From Thermoanaerobaculia bacterium (GTDB taxonomy: Bacteria; Acidobacteriota; Thermoanaerobaculia; Multivoradales; Multivoraceae), in assembly GCA_963664405.1 (NCBI GenBank), contig OY761158.1, positions 5,728,001 to 5,792,000 on the forward strand: 64,000 bases of DNA, read 5' to 3'. A program made the translations under genes and the position numbers. Below, one piece after another: positions 31,113 to 40,860 of the stretch. The notes under the pieces are model-generated. The model made no database searches. It worked only from the letters and a program-made list of their open reading frames with translations, and was not told where the DNA came from. How positions within the stretch are numbered: the stretch's first letter is position 1; each line of letters opens with the position of its first letter.

Positions 31113-31258
31113 GGGTTCCATCCTCGGGTCCGTTCTCTTTTCGCGAGGCACCTCTCGCGGTGTGCCTCGCGTTTGAGACCCAAAACCCGGGGGTATAGGC
31201 TTCCGTAGTAAAGAGTGGGTGAGGAACCCGTCGGTGGACCGCGAGACCCGCGCCGACC
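31113..31258. other. Structured intergenic region (long rod hairpin); terminator or ncRNA candidate
   Basis: Nested pairings CCTCGGGT/ACCCGGGG, TCTC/GAGA and perfect CGCGAGGCAC/GTGCCTCGCG, closed by GGGTTCC/GGAACCC. Confidence 0.4.
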
Positions 31259-31303
31259 CAAGTATCGTCGGCTACCCCAACGCCAACACCGTTACTCGAA
31301 TCT

Positions 31304-33322
31304 ATGCGGCTACGCACACGGCTCATCCTGGCCTTTTTCTTGTTGTCGGTGCTGCCGCTGAGCGGCATCGTCCTCTTCTCGTATCGCTCATCCCAGAAGG
31401 CTCTGCGCCAGGCGGCCGAGGCCGAAGCCGCAGTTCTCGCGGAAGAGATCTCTGAGCGCATGGAGACGGTTCGCAGCGATCTCCATCGGCGAATTGGCGG
31501 CCTTGCCGGTCTCCCGCTACGGGCGCTTCACATTGCTGGTGAGGGGGCTGATCCTGAGGTCCTCGGCAGCATCCTCGAGTCGTTGGGCGAGGCAATGCCG
31601 CTTTTCAGCTCGCTCGAGTTCATTCCGGCGGAGCCAGGGGGCCTCGAGACCGGCGGCCCGGCGCGGGTGAGAGTCGTGATTGACGCGGAGACAGACGGCG
31701 ATCAATACGAAGCGTGGGTTATAGAGACCGGCCGCGACGAGGCAGCCGAAGGTTTTCTCTACCGTCGAGGGCCGAAGCCCGAGCTGCTTGCCCGCAGGCT
31801 TGGCGCCGCGGATGACGGGAAAGGGTGGAAGCCTCCCCGGCCGCCGCCTCCACATCGGCCTTCCGGGATGCGGCCGCGCCGGGACGAGCCGTTTCCCCCT
31901 CCCCGCAGGGTGGATGAGGACCCCGGAGTGGGCGTCTCACAGATCGAACAGATCCTTGGCCGGGAGCTGGGGGTTTGGCTGAAGGATGGCGAGGAAGTCG
32001 TCGGCAGGATCCAGGTAGAGATCGATCCGCGGACGGTGTTGCGTCACGTGCTTCGCGCAACCCGCTATGAAAAAGGTGAGATCCCCTTCGCGATCGACGG
32101 CGCTGGTCGGCTCCTCGCCGCAACCGAGGCACACAGCGAGGCCCTGGAAGACTTGCCTGAGGCCTGCCTGATGGCTGGCGAATCGGGGGAGTCAGTCCAA
32201 ACTGTGAGCGATTGGGTAGTGGTGACGAAGAAGGACCCGGCCTCAGGCGTGACTCTCGGCATCGCCAGGCCGGTCGGCGAGCCGCTGAGAGAAATGCAGC
32301 GGGCGGCGATGCGGAACCTCGGTTACGGAGTCGGTATGATCGGCTTTGCCCTGCTCGGCATCCTCCCGCTCTCGAATCGCATGACCCGCGGGCTGAGTCG
32401 GCTGAGCGAAGGTGTCGAGAAACTCACCGAGGGCGATCTGGGCGCTCGTGTCGAAGTTTTGTCAGGTGATGAGATCGGTGTCCTCGCCGGGCGATTCAAC
32501 CGCATGGCGGAAGAACTGAGCGACAAGCAGGTGAGGCTCCTCGAGGAGGAGCGTCGGCACCGAGAGCAAGAGCTGCGCCAGGAATTTCTGGAAGTTGAGC
32601 ACGCCCGTAAGACACAGGAGCTCGAGGAGGCTCGGCGCTTCCAGCTTTCACTCCTACCGAGGGGGCTGCCGGAGAGGGACGATCTCGAGATAGCGGTTCT
32701 GATGAAGACGGCTACGGAGGTCGGCGGCGACTACTACGACTTCCGCGAGTCTGCCAACGGCTCTCTGACCCTCGCTGTAGGCGACGCGACCGGCCATGGT
32801 GCGACTGCCGGTACGATGGTAACCGCGATCAAGAGCCTGTTCATGGCGTCGGGAGCCGAGTTGGCCCCCGGAAACTTTCTCTCAGCGGCTGCTGGGGCGG
32901 TTCAGCGAATGGAGCTGGGGAGAATGGGAATGGCTCTTGCGCTGGGCCGTTTCGAGACCAAGACGTTGACGCTCGCCTCCGCCGGGATGCCGCCGATCCT
33001 TATTCGTCGCGCCGCGAGCCAAGAAGTCGAGGAGATAGTTGTCGAGGCCCTGCCGCTGGGGCGAATGGCCGCTTCGTATGCGGACCGTCAGATTGACCTT
33101 GCCAGCGGCGATACGGTTCTCTTCATGACCGACGGCTTGGCCGAGCTGCTTAGCCCTGCTGAAGAGGTCCTGGGCTACGCCGCGGTGCGGGAGATTTTCC
33201 TCGATTGCGCCGATCAGGGGCCGCAGGAGATTCTGGATTGCTTGGATCGGGCGGCGTCCGAGTGGCGCGAAGACCGGGCTCTCGAAGACGACTACACCCT
33301 GGTCGTCGTGCGTGTTGGCTGA
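31304..33322 (+). CDS. Membrane sensor with HAMP and SpoIIE/PP2C phosphatase domains
   Basis: Two TM helices, HAMP (DEIGVLAGRFNRMAE), EVGGDYYD, GDATGHG, MTDGL.E and DDYTLVV. Confidence 0.9.
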   Translation: MRLRTRLILAFFLLSVLPLSGIVLFSYRSSQKALRQAAEAEAAVLAEEISERMETVRSDLHRRIGGLAGLPLRALHIAGEGADPEVLGSILESLGEAMPLFSSLEFIPAEPGGLETGGPARVRVVIDAETDGDQYEAWVIETGRDEAAEGFLYRRGPKPELLARRLGAADDGKGWKPPRPPPPHRPSGMRPRRDEPFPPPRRVDEDPGVGVSQIEQILGRELGVWLKDGEEVVGRIQVEIDPRTVLRHVLRATRYEKGEIPFAIDGAGRLLAATEAHSEALEDLPEACLMAGESGESVQTVSDWVVVTKKDPASGVTLGIARPVGEPLREMQRAAMRNLGYGVGMIGFALLGILPLSNRMTRGLSRLSEGVEKLTEGDLGARVEVLSGDEIGVLAGRFNRMAEELSDKQVRLLEEERRHREQELRQEFLEVEHARKTQELEEARRFQLSLLPRGLPERDDLEIAVLMKTATEVGGDYYDFRESANGSLTLAVGDATGHGATAGTMVTAIKSLFMASGAELAPGNFLSAAAGAVQRMELGRMGMALALGRFETKTLTLASAGMPPILIRRAASQEVEEIVVEALPLGRMAASYADRQIDLASGDTVLFMTDGLAELLSPAEEVLGYAAVREIFLDCADQGPQEILDCLDRAASEWREDRALEDDYTLVVVRVG

Positions 33323-33415
33323 GGGTCCTCGGCGCTCACATGGCCGGCGACTTGGCCTGTTATTGTCGGTGCCGGTCCAGAGCCGAACAGGGGACCGGTG
33401 AGGCGGGAGGTAAGT

Positions 33416-34288
33416 ATGGTCGAGAAAGCAGGGCCTCTGAGTCGACGTCAGGTCTTGGTTTCGGGGGCTTCGGCTGCGGGTATCGGGCTCCTCTCCAGCG
33501 GCGCGAGGGGCCTTCAGGCCGAGCGCGTCGTCACCAAGGGTCGGATCAAGCAATCTGTCTGCAAGTGGTGCTACAAGGACCTGAGCGTCGAAGAGCTCTG
33601 CGCTGCTGCGGCGGGGATGGGCCTGCGCTCGGTCGAGCTTCTCACTCCCGAGTCATACGACATCGTGAAGCGCTACGGTCTGGTATGTGCCGTAACCAAC
33701 ACTCACACAATTCCCCGCGGTCTCAACAATCCAGAGCACCGAGAGCCTTGTCTCGCGGCGATTCGCGAGTCGATCGAAGCTGCTTCGCGAGCCGGCTTTC
33801 CAAACGTCATCACCTTCTCGGGTAATCGTGAAGGAATGCCAGACGACGTTGGCCTCGAGCACTGCGTGACCGCTCTCGAGAAGGTCGTAGGTCTGGCCGA
33901 GAAGAGAGGCGTGACCATCGTCATGGAGCTTCTCAACTCCAAGGTCAATCACGCCGACTACATGGGCGACAGCATGTTGTGGGGTGTAGAGCTGGTCAAG
34001 CGAGTCGATTCAGAGCGGTTCAAGCTCCTCTACGACATCTACCATATGCAGATCATGGAGGGAGACGTGATCCGCACTATCCGCGAGTATCACCCGTATA
34101 TCGGCCACTACCACACCGCCGGCAACCCCGGGCGACATGAGCTCGACGGGACGCAGGAGCTCCAGTATGCGCCGATCATGCAAGCCATACTGGACACCGG
34201 GTTCGATGGCTACGTCGGTCAGGAGTTCATCCCTACCCGAGCCCCGATCGAGTCGCTGGCCGAAGCGGTACGCCTCTGCGACGTCTGA
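33416..34288 (+). CDS. Tat-exported hydroxypyruvate isomerase-like TIM barrel
   Basis: SRRQVL Tat motif; ITFSGNR, ELLNSKVNH.DY, LYDIYHMQIMEGD and HTAGNPGR.E. Confidence 0.86.
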   Translation: MVEKAGPLSRRQVLVSGASAAGIGLLSSGARGLQAERVVTKGRIKQSVCKWCYKDLSVEELCAAAAGMGLRSVELLTPESYDIVKRYGLVCAVTNTHTIPRGLNNPEHREPCLAAIRESIEAASRAGFPNVITFSGNREGMPDDVGLEHCVTALEKVVGLAEKRGVTIVMELLNSKVNHADYMGDSMLWGVELVKRVDSERFKLLYDIYHMQIMEGDVIRTIREYHPYIGHYHTAGNPGRHELDGTQELQYAPIMQAILDTGFDGYVGQEFIPTRAPIESLAEAVRLCDV

Positions 34289-34467
34289 CGCAGTAGTGCT
34301 CGGTGTAGGCGCCGCCTTCGCCTTTTGCGACCGGCGCAGCTTTCGGGGTGGGAGCGTCGCCGCGCTGCGGCGGGAGCGGAGAAACCGGTAGGTAGGAGCG
34401 ATTCGTCTTCGAAAGGGAGCGTCGAGCGCGACTCAAGCGCCGGGGGGACGCGGTTTAGCGCTTGCCA

Positions 34468-34827
34468 CTACTTCTTCGACTTCTTGGTCCTTTTCTTGGG
34501 AGTCTTCTTAGCAGCCTTCTTCTTCGGTGCAGCTTTCTTCTTGGCAACCTTCTTGGCTACCTTCTTCTTAGCAGCCTTCTTCTTCGGTGCAGCTTTCTTC
34601 TTGGCTGCCTTCTTGGCAACCTTCTTCTTCGCTGCCTTCTTCTTCGGTGCAGCTTTCTTCTTGGCTACCTTCTTGGCTACCTTCTTTTTCGCTACCTTCT
34701 TCTTCGGCGCAGCTTTCTTCTTGGCTGCCTTCTTGGCAACCTTCTTCTTTGCTGCCTTCTTCTTCGGTGCAGCCTTCTTGGCGGCTTTCTTGGTCGCCTT
34801 CTTCTTCGCAGCTTTCTTTGCGGCCAT
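34468..34827 (-). CDS. Histone H1-like Lys/Ala-rich nucleoid protein (Hc2/AlgP-type repeats)
   Basis: ~20-aa KKKAAPKKKAAKKKVAKK(V/A)A tandem units; GGGGGTGAT RBS before ATG at 34827. Confidence 0.82.
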   Translation of the reverse strand: MAAKKAAKKKATKKAAKKAAPKKKAAKKKVAKKAAKKKAAPKKKVAKKKVAKKVAKKKAAPKKKAAKKKVAKKAAKKKAAPKKKAAKKKVAKKVAKKKAAPKKKAAKKTPKKRTKKSKK

Positions 34828-34907
34828 GCGTATCACCCCCTTTCGTGACCGAGATAGATGTCGCGGTCGAAGTGGTTCACACTAAACCGGTCCCCGGCGC
34901 GGAGATA

Positions 34908-34955
34908 ATACTATGTGTAGTGTGTCTCATGTCTAGTGGCCACAATATTTTGTGG
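34908..34955 (-). promoter_or_regulatory. Tandem NrdR boxes overlapping a putative sigma70 promoter
   Basis: ATACTATGTGTAGTGT (34908-34923) and CCACAATATTTTGTGG (34940-34955), each 13/16 to acaCwAtATaTwGtgt and 32 bp apart; minus-strand TAGACA-16-TAGTAT overlaps box 1. Confidence 0.68.
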
Positions 34956-34998
34956 TGTGTCCAAATTGCGGCGGTGTGGAGCGGCTGGAGGCTCTGGT

Positions 34999-35655
34999 CT
35001 ATTCCGTCTCCTTCGACCCGTGAGCTTTGGTGCCATAGAGGCGGTCGCCGGCGTCTCCCAATCCGGGAAGGATGTAGCCGTGCTCATTGAGCTCCCGGTC
35101 GAGAGCGGCGGTAATGATGGGGACATCCGGATGGCGGTCATGAAAGTGCGCCACGCCTTCGGGTGCTGCCACCAGGGCGACGAAACGCACCCATGCGGGG
35201 GCGGTCTCCTTGACCAGAGTCACAGCCTCGACGCTCGAGTGGCCGGTGGCGAGCATTGGGTCGACGACGATCACTCCGCGCTGCTCCATCTGTTGTGGCA
35301 GGTTGGTGTAGTAGCGAACGGCGGTGAGGGTCTCGGGGTCTCGATAAAGGCCGACGTAGCCCACTCGGGCGGACGGCAGAATCTCCAGAAAACCGTCGAG
35401 AAGTCCGTTGCCCGCGCGGAGTACGCTCACCAGAGCGAGCTTCTTCCCCAGTAATCTGGGTGCTCTCATCGACTCGAGTGGCGTTTCGATCTCCACTTCA
35501 CCGATGGCGAGATCCCGTGTCGCCTCGTAACCGAGGAGCATGCCGATTTCCTTGGTGAGGCGCCGAAACAGCGCTGAGGGAGTCTCTGTGCACCGCATCA
35601 GGCTGAGCTTGTGCTGCACGAGGGGGTGCTCGACGACGATCAGTTTGCGTTCCAT
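34999..35655 (-). CDS. upp: Uracil phosphoribosyltransferase
   Basis: [33 protein letters not shown] and [17 protein letters not shown]. Confidence 0.96.
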   Translation of the reverse strand: MERKLIVVEHPLVQHKLSLMRCTETPSALFRRLTKEIGMLLGYEATRDLAIGEVEIETPLESMRAPRLLGKKLALVSVLRAGNGLLDGFLEILPSARVGYVGLYRDPETLTAVRYYTNLPQQMEQRGVIVVDPMLATGHSSVEAVTLVKETAPAWVRFVALVAAPEGVAHFHDRHPDVPIITAALDRELNEHGYILPGLGDAGDRLYGTKAHGSKETE

Positions 35656-35664
35656 GAATGCATC

Positions 35665-36954
35665 CTACTTCGAGGCAGATTGAGACGGACGGTGACGAGG
35701 TTCGAATCGGCTGAGGCCTACCAGCTTTTCCAGCTCGGGCTCCGGCGCCTCCAAAACTCTAAAGAACAGACAAGTTACGGGAGTTCGAAACGCCTCGTCG
35801 CTGTCGAGGACGAGGCCCTGGGGGAAAAGCACTTTCTGAAGGTGCCGTCGCTTCCTCAGATCGAACTCGCTCCACATGCGGCGGGCATTGACCACGGCGT
35901 GCTCGGCGAACTCCAGAACTGCCTCGACATCCAGCCCGTCGAGCTCATTGCCGTGGCCCTCGACCTTCGCCAGCGCGATCTCCTGATCGAGACGGAGTAG
36001 CTCCCGCCGGTACGTGTCTTCATCGATGGCCTGCTGGTAGATGTAGACCTCCACCAGACGCTTCTTCTGCCTCTCTAGGTCGGCGAGCCGCCGCTCGATG
36101 ATCGGTTTCTCCTCTTCGAGCTCTCGCTCCCGGTCGCGCCAGACCTCGAGCACCGACTCGCGGAGTGCCTCGAGGTACTCTGGCTTCGGCTTCAGCCGAT
36201 CGAGCAGCTCGAGAAACCTCTCCTCCAGAGCTTCCCTACGGGTGCGCGTCTGACCGCAATCACGGCAGCCGTAGTAGCCATAACGCCGCCCGGTCTGGCT
36301 CCGCGACCACGAGCCGGTGAGGGGACTGTCACATTGGCCGCAGCGGACGAATCGTCGCAGCGGAAAGTCCGGGTTGTTTCGCGTGTGCCGTTTCCCGGCG
36401 AGCTTCGAGTCGTGGAGCACGACCTGCGCTCGATGGAAGGTGTGCTCGTCGACGACCGGCTCGAAGTCGCCCTTGACGTCGATTCCCCACTCGTCGTTGC
36501 GGACGCGGCCACCGTAGAGCGGATGCCGCAGCAGGACGGCGAAGGTCTGCTTGCTCACTTTGTGGCCATGCCTTGTTCTCAGGCCGGCCGCGGTCACCTC
36601 GGTCAGGACCTCCTTCTGCGAATAAAGGCCGGTCGCATAGAGCTCAAAGGCGCGCCGGAGAAGCGGTGCGGAGTCTGGATCCGGCTCGATCGTCTTGGCG
36701 CCGTTCGCTCTCCGCACGTTCAGATAGCCCAGAGGCGCTGGGAACGCCCACTGCCCTCGCTTGAGCGCCTCCTGCATTCCGAGGACCGTTCGCTCTGCTC
36801 TTTGGTCGTTGTCAAACTGTGCAAACGCCGCGAGCACGCCCTCCATCAGCTTGCCGGTAGGGCTCTCATCGATCGTCTGCGTCGCCGAGCGGAGCGTGAT
36901 GTTCATCTTCGCTAGGTGAGCCCTGACGACGTGATGGTCGTACCCGTTGTTCAT
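35665..36954 (-). pseudogene. Large serine recombinase (integrase), N-terminal catalytic domain missing
   Basis: PTGKLMEGVLAAFAQFDNDQRAERT..GM, APLGY, zinc ribbon (C.QC..YYGCRDC) and coiled coil; no YxRVS catalytic Ser motif. Confidence 0.8.
35699..35723 (+). other. tRNA 3'-end fragment (T-loop to CCA); att-like site
   Basis: GGTTCGAATCGGCTGAGGCCTACCA resembles a tRNA-Ile-type end (..AGGCCTACCA); no pairing 5' T-stem and no rest of the cloverleaf upstream. Confidence 0.62.
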
Positions 36955-37275
36955 CCTCGACCCCAGAGTTGTCACCAAGATCCTCCGACACATTGCTGAT
37001 GAGAAGGCCAGCTCTCGAGAGCGCGCTCGACCGGCGTCTGCTCTCGCCTCTTGACCGGCCGGCGACGACGGCAAGAGTCCCCGGCCCCGTGAGCTGATCC
37101 CGATCACCTTGGGCCGGCGGAGCTGTGCTCCTGCTCAGCCGAGTAGTAGCCCAAGGCGTCGACCTCACTCACCGCGGCGCGACCTCCTGCTGATCTCTCT
37201 GTTCGCCGAGCCCCGAACCACGCAACACGGCGCAGAAGTTCACCTTCGCCCGCTTGGCAAGCGCGATACGATCGG

Positions 37276-37722
37276 TTGACCCGAAAAGGAAATCCCTATC
37301 CCTTCTTCGTCGTCTCCGCCCTCCGCGACCCGGGCACGATGGAGTCCCCTGGCGGCCGGCTACAACGGCTGCAGATCGTAAAGGGCTGGGTCGACGGCGA
37401 AGGGCGACCTCATCAGTCTGTCTTCGACATCCTCGGCTCGGCGGACAATGGCGCATCAGTAGATCTGGAGACCTGCGCCCCGAGCGGACCCGGCTTCGAT
37501 TCTGCCTGCTCGGTGTGGCGAGACCCCGACTTCGAGCCCACCCGTCGGGCCGTCTACTACGCACGCGTAGTGGAGAATCCGGGCTGCCGTTACAGCACCT
37601 TCGAATGTCTCGGGCTGCCGGTCGCGGATCAGCCTCCGCACTGTTCGGATCCCGTGCTGCAGAAGACGATCCAAGAGCGCTCTTGGACCTCCCCTATCTG
37701 GTACGAGCCCTCTAGCGAATAA
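37276..37722 (+). pseudogene. C-terminal fragment of a DUF3604 (PHP-like) protein
   Basis: ALRDP, LQRLQIVKGW, W.DPDFEP..AVYYARVVENP and IQERSWTSPIWY; N-terminal domain absent. Confidence 0.78.
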
Positions 37723-38100
37723 TGCGCCAAACCATTGGTACCGTTGCACGCGCCGCCACTTCAACACTCGTCCGAGCCCCAGCTTTCGTAGCTTCGTTGC
37801 TCTGGGGTTGTAGCGCTCCCGCCAGTGAGCCGACTGGAGCGCCCCCGGCCGATCTGGTGCTGCGCGGGGGCAAGATCGTCACCCTCGAAGCCGAACAACC
37901 CGAGGCCGAAGCCTTGGCGATACGCGACGGCCGCATCGTCGGTCTCGGGTCGGACGAAGAGATCGCCGGACTTGTCGGGCCGGAGACCGAGGTCGTCGAG
38001 CTGGAGGGGCGCCTCGCCATTCCGGGCTTCATCGAAGGGCACGGACACTTCATGGGTGTGGGTCGCTCGAAGCTCCAGCTCGACCTCATGGATACATCTC
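37722..38100 (+). pseudogene. N-terminal fragment of a YtcJ-like amidohydrolase lipoprotein
   Basis: ADLVLRGGKIVT..EALAIRDGRIV..G..LEGR..IPGFIEGHGH, after which similarity stops. Confidence 0.75.
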
Positions 38101-38307
38101 CTGGGTGGAGGGCTTTTTCTCTCCCGGGCGCTCCATGCCCATGGCATCCAGCAGCAGGCAGCTTTGCCTCGCTCACGGGTTGCCGGCAACCTGGGTACGT
38201 GGACCGTCATGTTGGTCAGTGCCTCGTTGTTGTTATGGCAGTTTGCGACGGGTTGAGTGAAGACAATCCATCTGAAGCACAACGCAAAGGCCGGCTGAGC
38301 AAGATTC

Positions 38308-39381
38308 ATGCGAGGTTTACAGGACAGAATACGTGCCCGGTTGGGGATCGCCATTCTCGATGGCGGCATGGGCACCGGTCTTGGTGAACAGGGACTGAGT
38401 GAGGCAGAAGCCTGGACGGCGGGCTGGCACCTGGATGATCCCCGGATCGAGACCGCGGTTGTGCGGGTTTATGAGGGTTTCCTCGCAGCGGGTGTCGATA
38501 TCCTGACGGCAAATACCTACAACATCAGCGGTGCATCTGCTCGCCGGGCGGCGGATCACCAGCCACGGAATGGCGATAATCTGGCCCGCCGCGCCATCCG
38601 GCAGAATATTGAACTTGCCCGACGTGTCATCGAGCGACGCACGGAAGGGGAGGCACCCCTGCTTGCGGTGAGCCTTGGCAGTTTCGGTACTGCCATTCCC
38701 GGACGCGGCGAAACCGCAAACCGCGAATCGGACAATCCCCACCGGATCGCCGGTTACGGCGTCGACCTTGCGGTACTTGAGACGTTCCATCGCGAGCGCA
38801 TTCTCGCTGCCCTGCAGGTACCTCCCCATGGTACCGAAGAGATGATTGCCCCTGACTTTGACCTGTTCGCATTCGAGACCATTCCCGATCGACTCGAAGC
38901 GCTGGCGATCGTCAACGTTCTGCGCGACGTTTTTGAGCGGTACCGGCTGCACGATCGCCTGGATGCTTGGGTGTCGTTTACCTGCCCGGACGTGTACACG
39001 GTCGATAATGGCGACCTGTTTACCGATTGTGTGCGGACCGTGGCGAACAGCAGGGAAATCACCGCTGTTGGCATCAACTGTACGGCGCCACATCTTGTAT
39101 CGGCGTTGCTCTCGGAAGCTTCATCGACGCTGAGAGCGTTTTCCGATGTGCCTGGCAAACTGCTTGTCTGTTACCCCAATTCCGGTGAACGCTATCTTGC
39201 GCGCAAGCTGCGGGAGGGAGAGGCCGGCCACTGGGAGTCGAGCGATTCGAGCGTTGGCTCGACGTTGTCCGACTGCGCCGGGGATTGGATTGCGTTGGGG
39301 TGCAGTGTGATCGGAGGGTGTTGTCGAATCACAGCGCGGGAGATCGGCGAACTGCGTGTGAAAATCCAGGCATTGGATTAA
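38308..39381 (+). CDS. Homocysteine S-methyltransferase (MmuM-like)
   Basis: ILDGGMGT, FLAAGVDIL.ANTY, AFETIP, GINCT, YPNSGE and IGGCCRI. Confidence 0.86.
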   Translation: MRGLQDRIRARLGIAILDGGMGTGLGEQGLSEAEAWTAGWHLDDPRIETAVVRVYEGFLAAGVDILTANTYNISGASARRAADHQPRNGDNLARRAIRQNIELARRVIERRTEGEAPLLAVSLGSFGTAIPGRGETANRESDNPHRIAGYGVDLAVLETFHRERILAALQVPPHGTEEMIAPDFDLFAFETIPDRLEALAIVNVLRDVFERYRLHDRLDAWVSFTCPDVYTVDNGDLFTDCVRTVANSREITAVGINCTAPHLVSALLSEASSTLRAFSDVPGKLLVCYPNSGERYLARKLREGEAGHWESSDSSVGSTLSDCAGDWIALGCSVIGGCCRITAREIGELRVKIQALD

Positions 39382-39397
39382 CGCTTGCGCTGAGGGG

Positions 39398-39421
39398 AGC
39401 GGTAGTGACGGCACTACCGCT
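39398..39421. terminator. Hairpin between convergent genes
   Basis: AGCGGTAGTG-ACGG-CACTACCGCT, a perfect 10-bp stem; no U-tract. Confidence 0.4.
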
Positions 39422-39457
39422 GCGAATCCGCCAGTAACCTTAATCCCGAACCGGTGA

Positions 39458-40690
39458 CTACGTCACCGGTTCCAGGGGCGGTTGATTCAGCGCTTCCCGG
39501 TAGTTCTGGTGAAAGTGATGCAGCGCGGGTTCGTTGCGACCGAATACGATTTCTTTCAGCATGCCGGTTTCGGCAGAGCGCTGCTGCATTTCACCCATGA
39601 CGTAGTCTTCCTGCTCAACCGTACTGTGGAAAACTTCCATCGAGGCTTCGACACCCCCGAGTACACTTTCACTGCCATCGCGGTCATAGACATCGTCAAT
39701 CTGCACGCCTGCAGCCTGTTCCGCTTCGATCGCCCGGATGGCTTCCTCGGTGAAGTAAAAGGAAATCCGCGTGGTGGAGCGACCGGGATTGTTCTCATCT
39801 GGGTAGATCCGGATCAGGGTGGCAGTGCGCGGGCCGCACAGGAATTGGATATTGGGGAACAGGTGATACAGCACGAAGGTACCCCGGGCGATGTGCCAAT
39901 CGGATTCTGGCTGACCTCTCATGGAATCGATGCCGTAGTTGGCGGTGACAAAGCGGTGGTGCCTGCCGAATTCCTTCAGGTGAAGGTTGTTGCCGTAATA
40001 CTGGCGCCCGACCGTGTCCTTGTGCAGCTTCTTGAAGTGGTAGGTTTCGCCAAAGGTATCGTTGGCGAACTTCCAGTTCAGGTTCATGGTGATGGTTTTC
40101 TCACCGACAAACCGGTGGTTGGTGACGTTGTGGGAACCGAGTTCCGCGGCCAGCTCTGCACCCAGCAGATCGTCGACATCCAGTTGCCCGTTGACATCCG
40201 GGTGTACCCACAACAGACCGTCCCGTTCGACCGCGGGCAGCTCAATCAGACCATGGCAGGATTTGTCGATAGCGCCAAAGTGATTTTCATCCTTAATGTG
40301 CATCAGATCGCCGGTGTTGGCGTAACTCCAGCTGTGAAACGGGCACACGAAGACGTTCTTCTTGCCACGCTCCTCCGATGCGACCTTGACTGATCGGTGC
40401 CGGCAGGCGTTCAGGAAAGCGTGGATCCTGCCTGATTTGTCACGAGTGGCGAGCAGCGGTATGCCGAAGTCGTCCATGGTCAGGAAGCTGCCCAGATCCG
40501 GCAGGTCCCCGGACAGTCCAATCAACTGGGGATGGTTGCGGAAAAACGCGTGGCGTTCCTGTGCTGCTACTTCCGGACACACGTACGCCGTGGTCGGCAT
40601 CCGGTACTGCACACCGGCGTCGATGTTCTTACCTTCATCCAGTTGTTGCATCAGTTCCTTGAGAATCTCAACCTGCGTTGCGTGTTGCAT
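39458..40690 (-). CDS. Rieske aromatic ring-hydroxylating oxygenase alpha subunit
   Basis: CRHR..CPFHSWSY Rieske motif; NWK..D...E.YH...H mononuclear-iron motif; ED near the C-terminus. Confidence 0.9.
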   Translation of the reverse strand: MQHATQVEILKELMQQLDEGKNIDAGVQYRMPTTAYVCPEVAAQERHAFFRNHPQLIGLSGDLPDLGSFLTMDDFGIPLLATRDKSGRIHAFLNACRHRSVKVASEERGKKNVFVCPFHSWSYANTGDLMHIKDENHFGAIDKSCHGLIELPAVERDGLLWVHPDVNGQLDVDDLLGAELAAELGSHNVTNHRFVGEKTITMNLNWKFANDTFGETYHFKKLHKDTVGRQYYGNNLHLKEFGRHHRFVTANYGIDSMRGQPESDWHIARGTFVLYHLFPNIQFLCGPRTATLIRIYPDENNPGRSTTRISFYFTEEAIRAIEAEQAAGVQIDDVYDRDGSESVLGGVEASMEVFHSTVEQEDYVMGEMQQRSAETGMLKEIVFGRNEPALHHFHQNYREALNQPPLEPVT

Positions 40691-40860
40691 GCGTTCCTCC
40701 GTTCTTCCCCGTTCGCGTCGCGAACGAAGGTGCCACCCTAAAAAGTCGCAAGAGTCGCGGTCCGGTTCCGGGGGCAGAATCTTCGGCTGACACCTTGGTA
40801 GCCAAAGGCTGCCGGGGAACCGTCTAATCGACGCCTACGAGAACGATAGAGTAGAGCAAA

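Noticed and set aside
31082-31304. 6S RNA or SRP RNA
   Set aside because: I cannot identify the conserved central bubble or SRP loop motifs
34325-34885. Phe/Ala-rich 186-aa ORF and other + strand ORFs over the repeat
   Set aside because: Antisense shadows of the Lys-rich H1-like gene, which has an RBS and typical composition
35640-35723. Complete tRNA gene
   Set aside because: Only the T-loop to CCA portion is present; no T-stem partner, D-arm or anticodon arm
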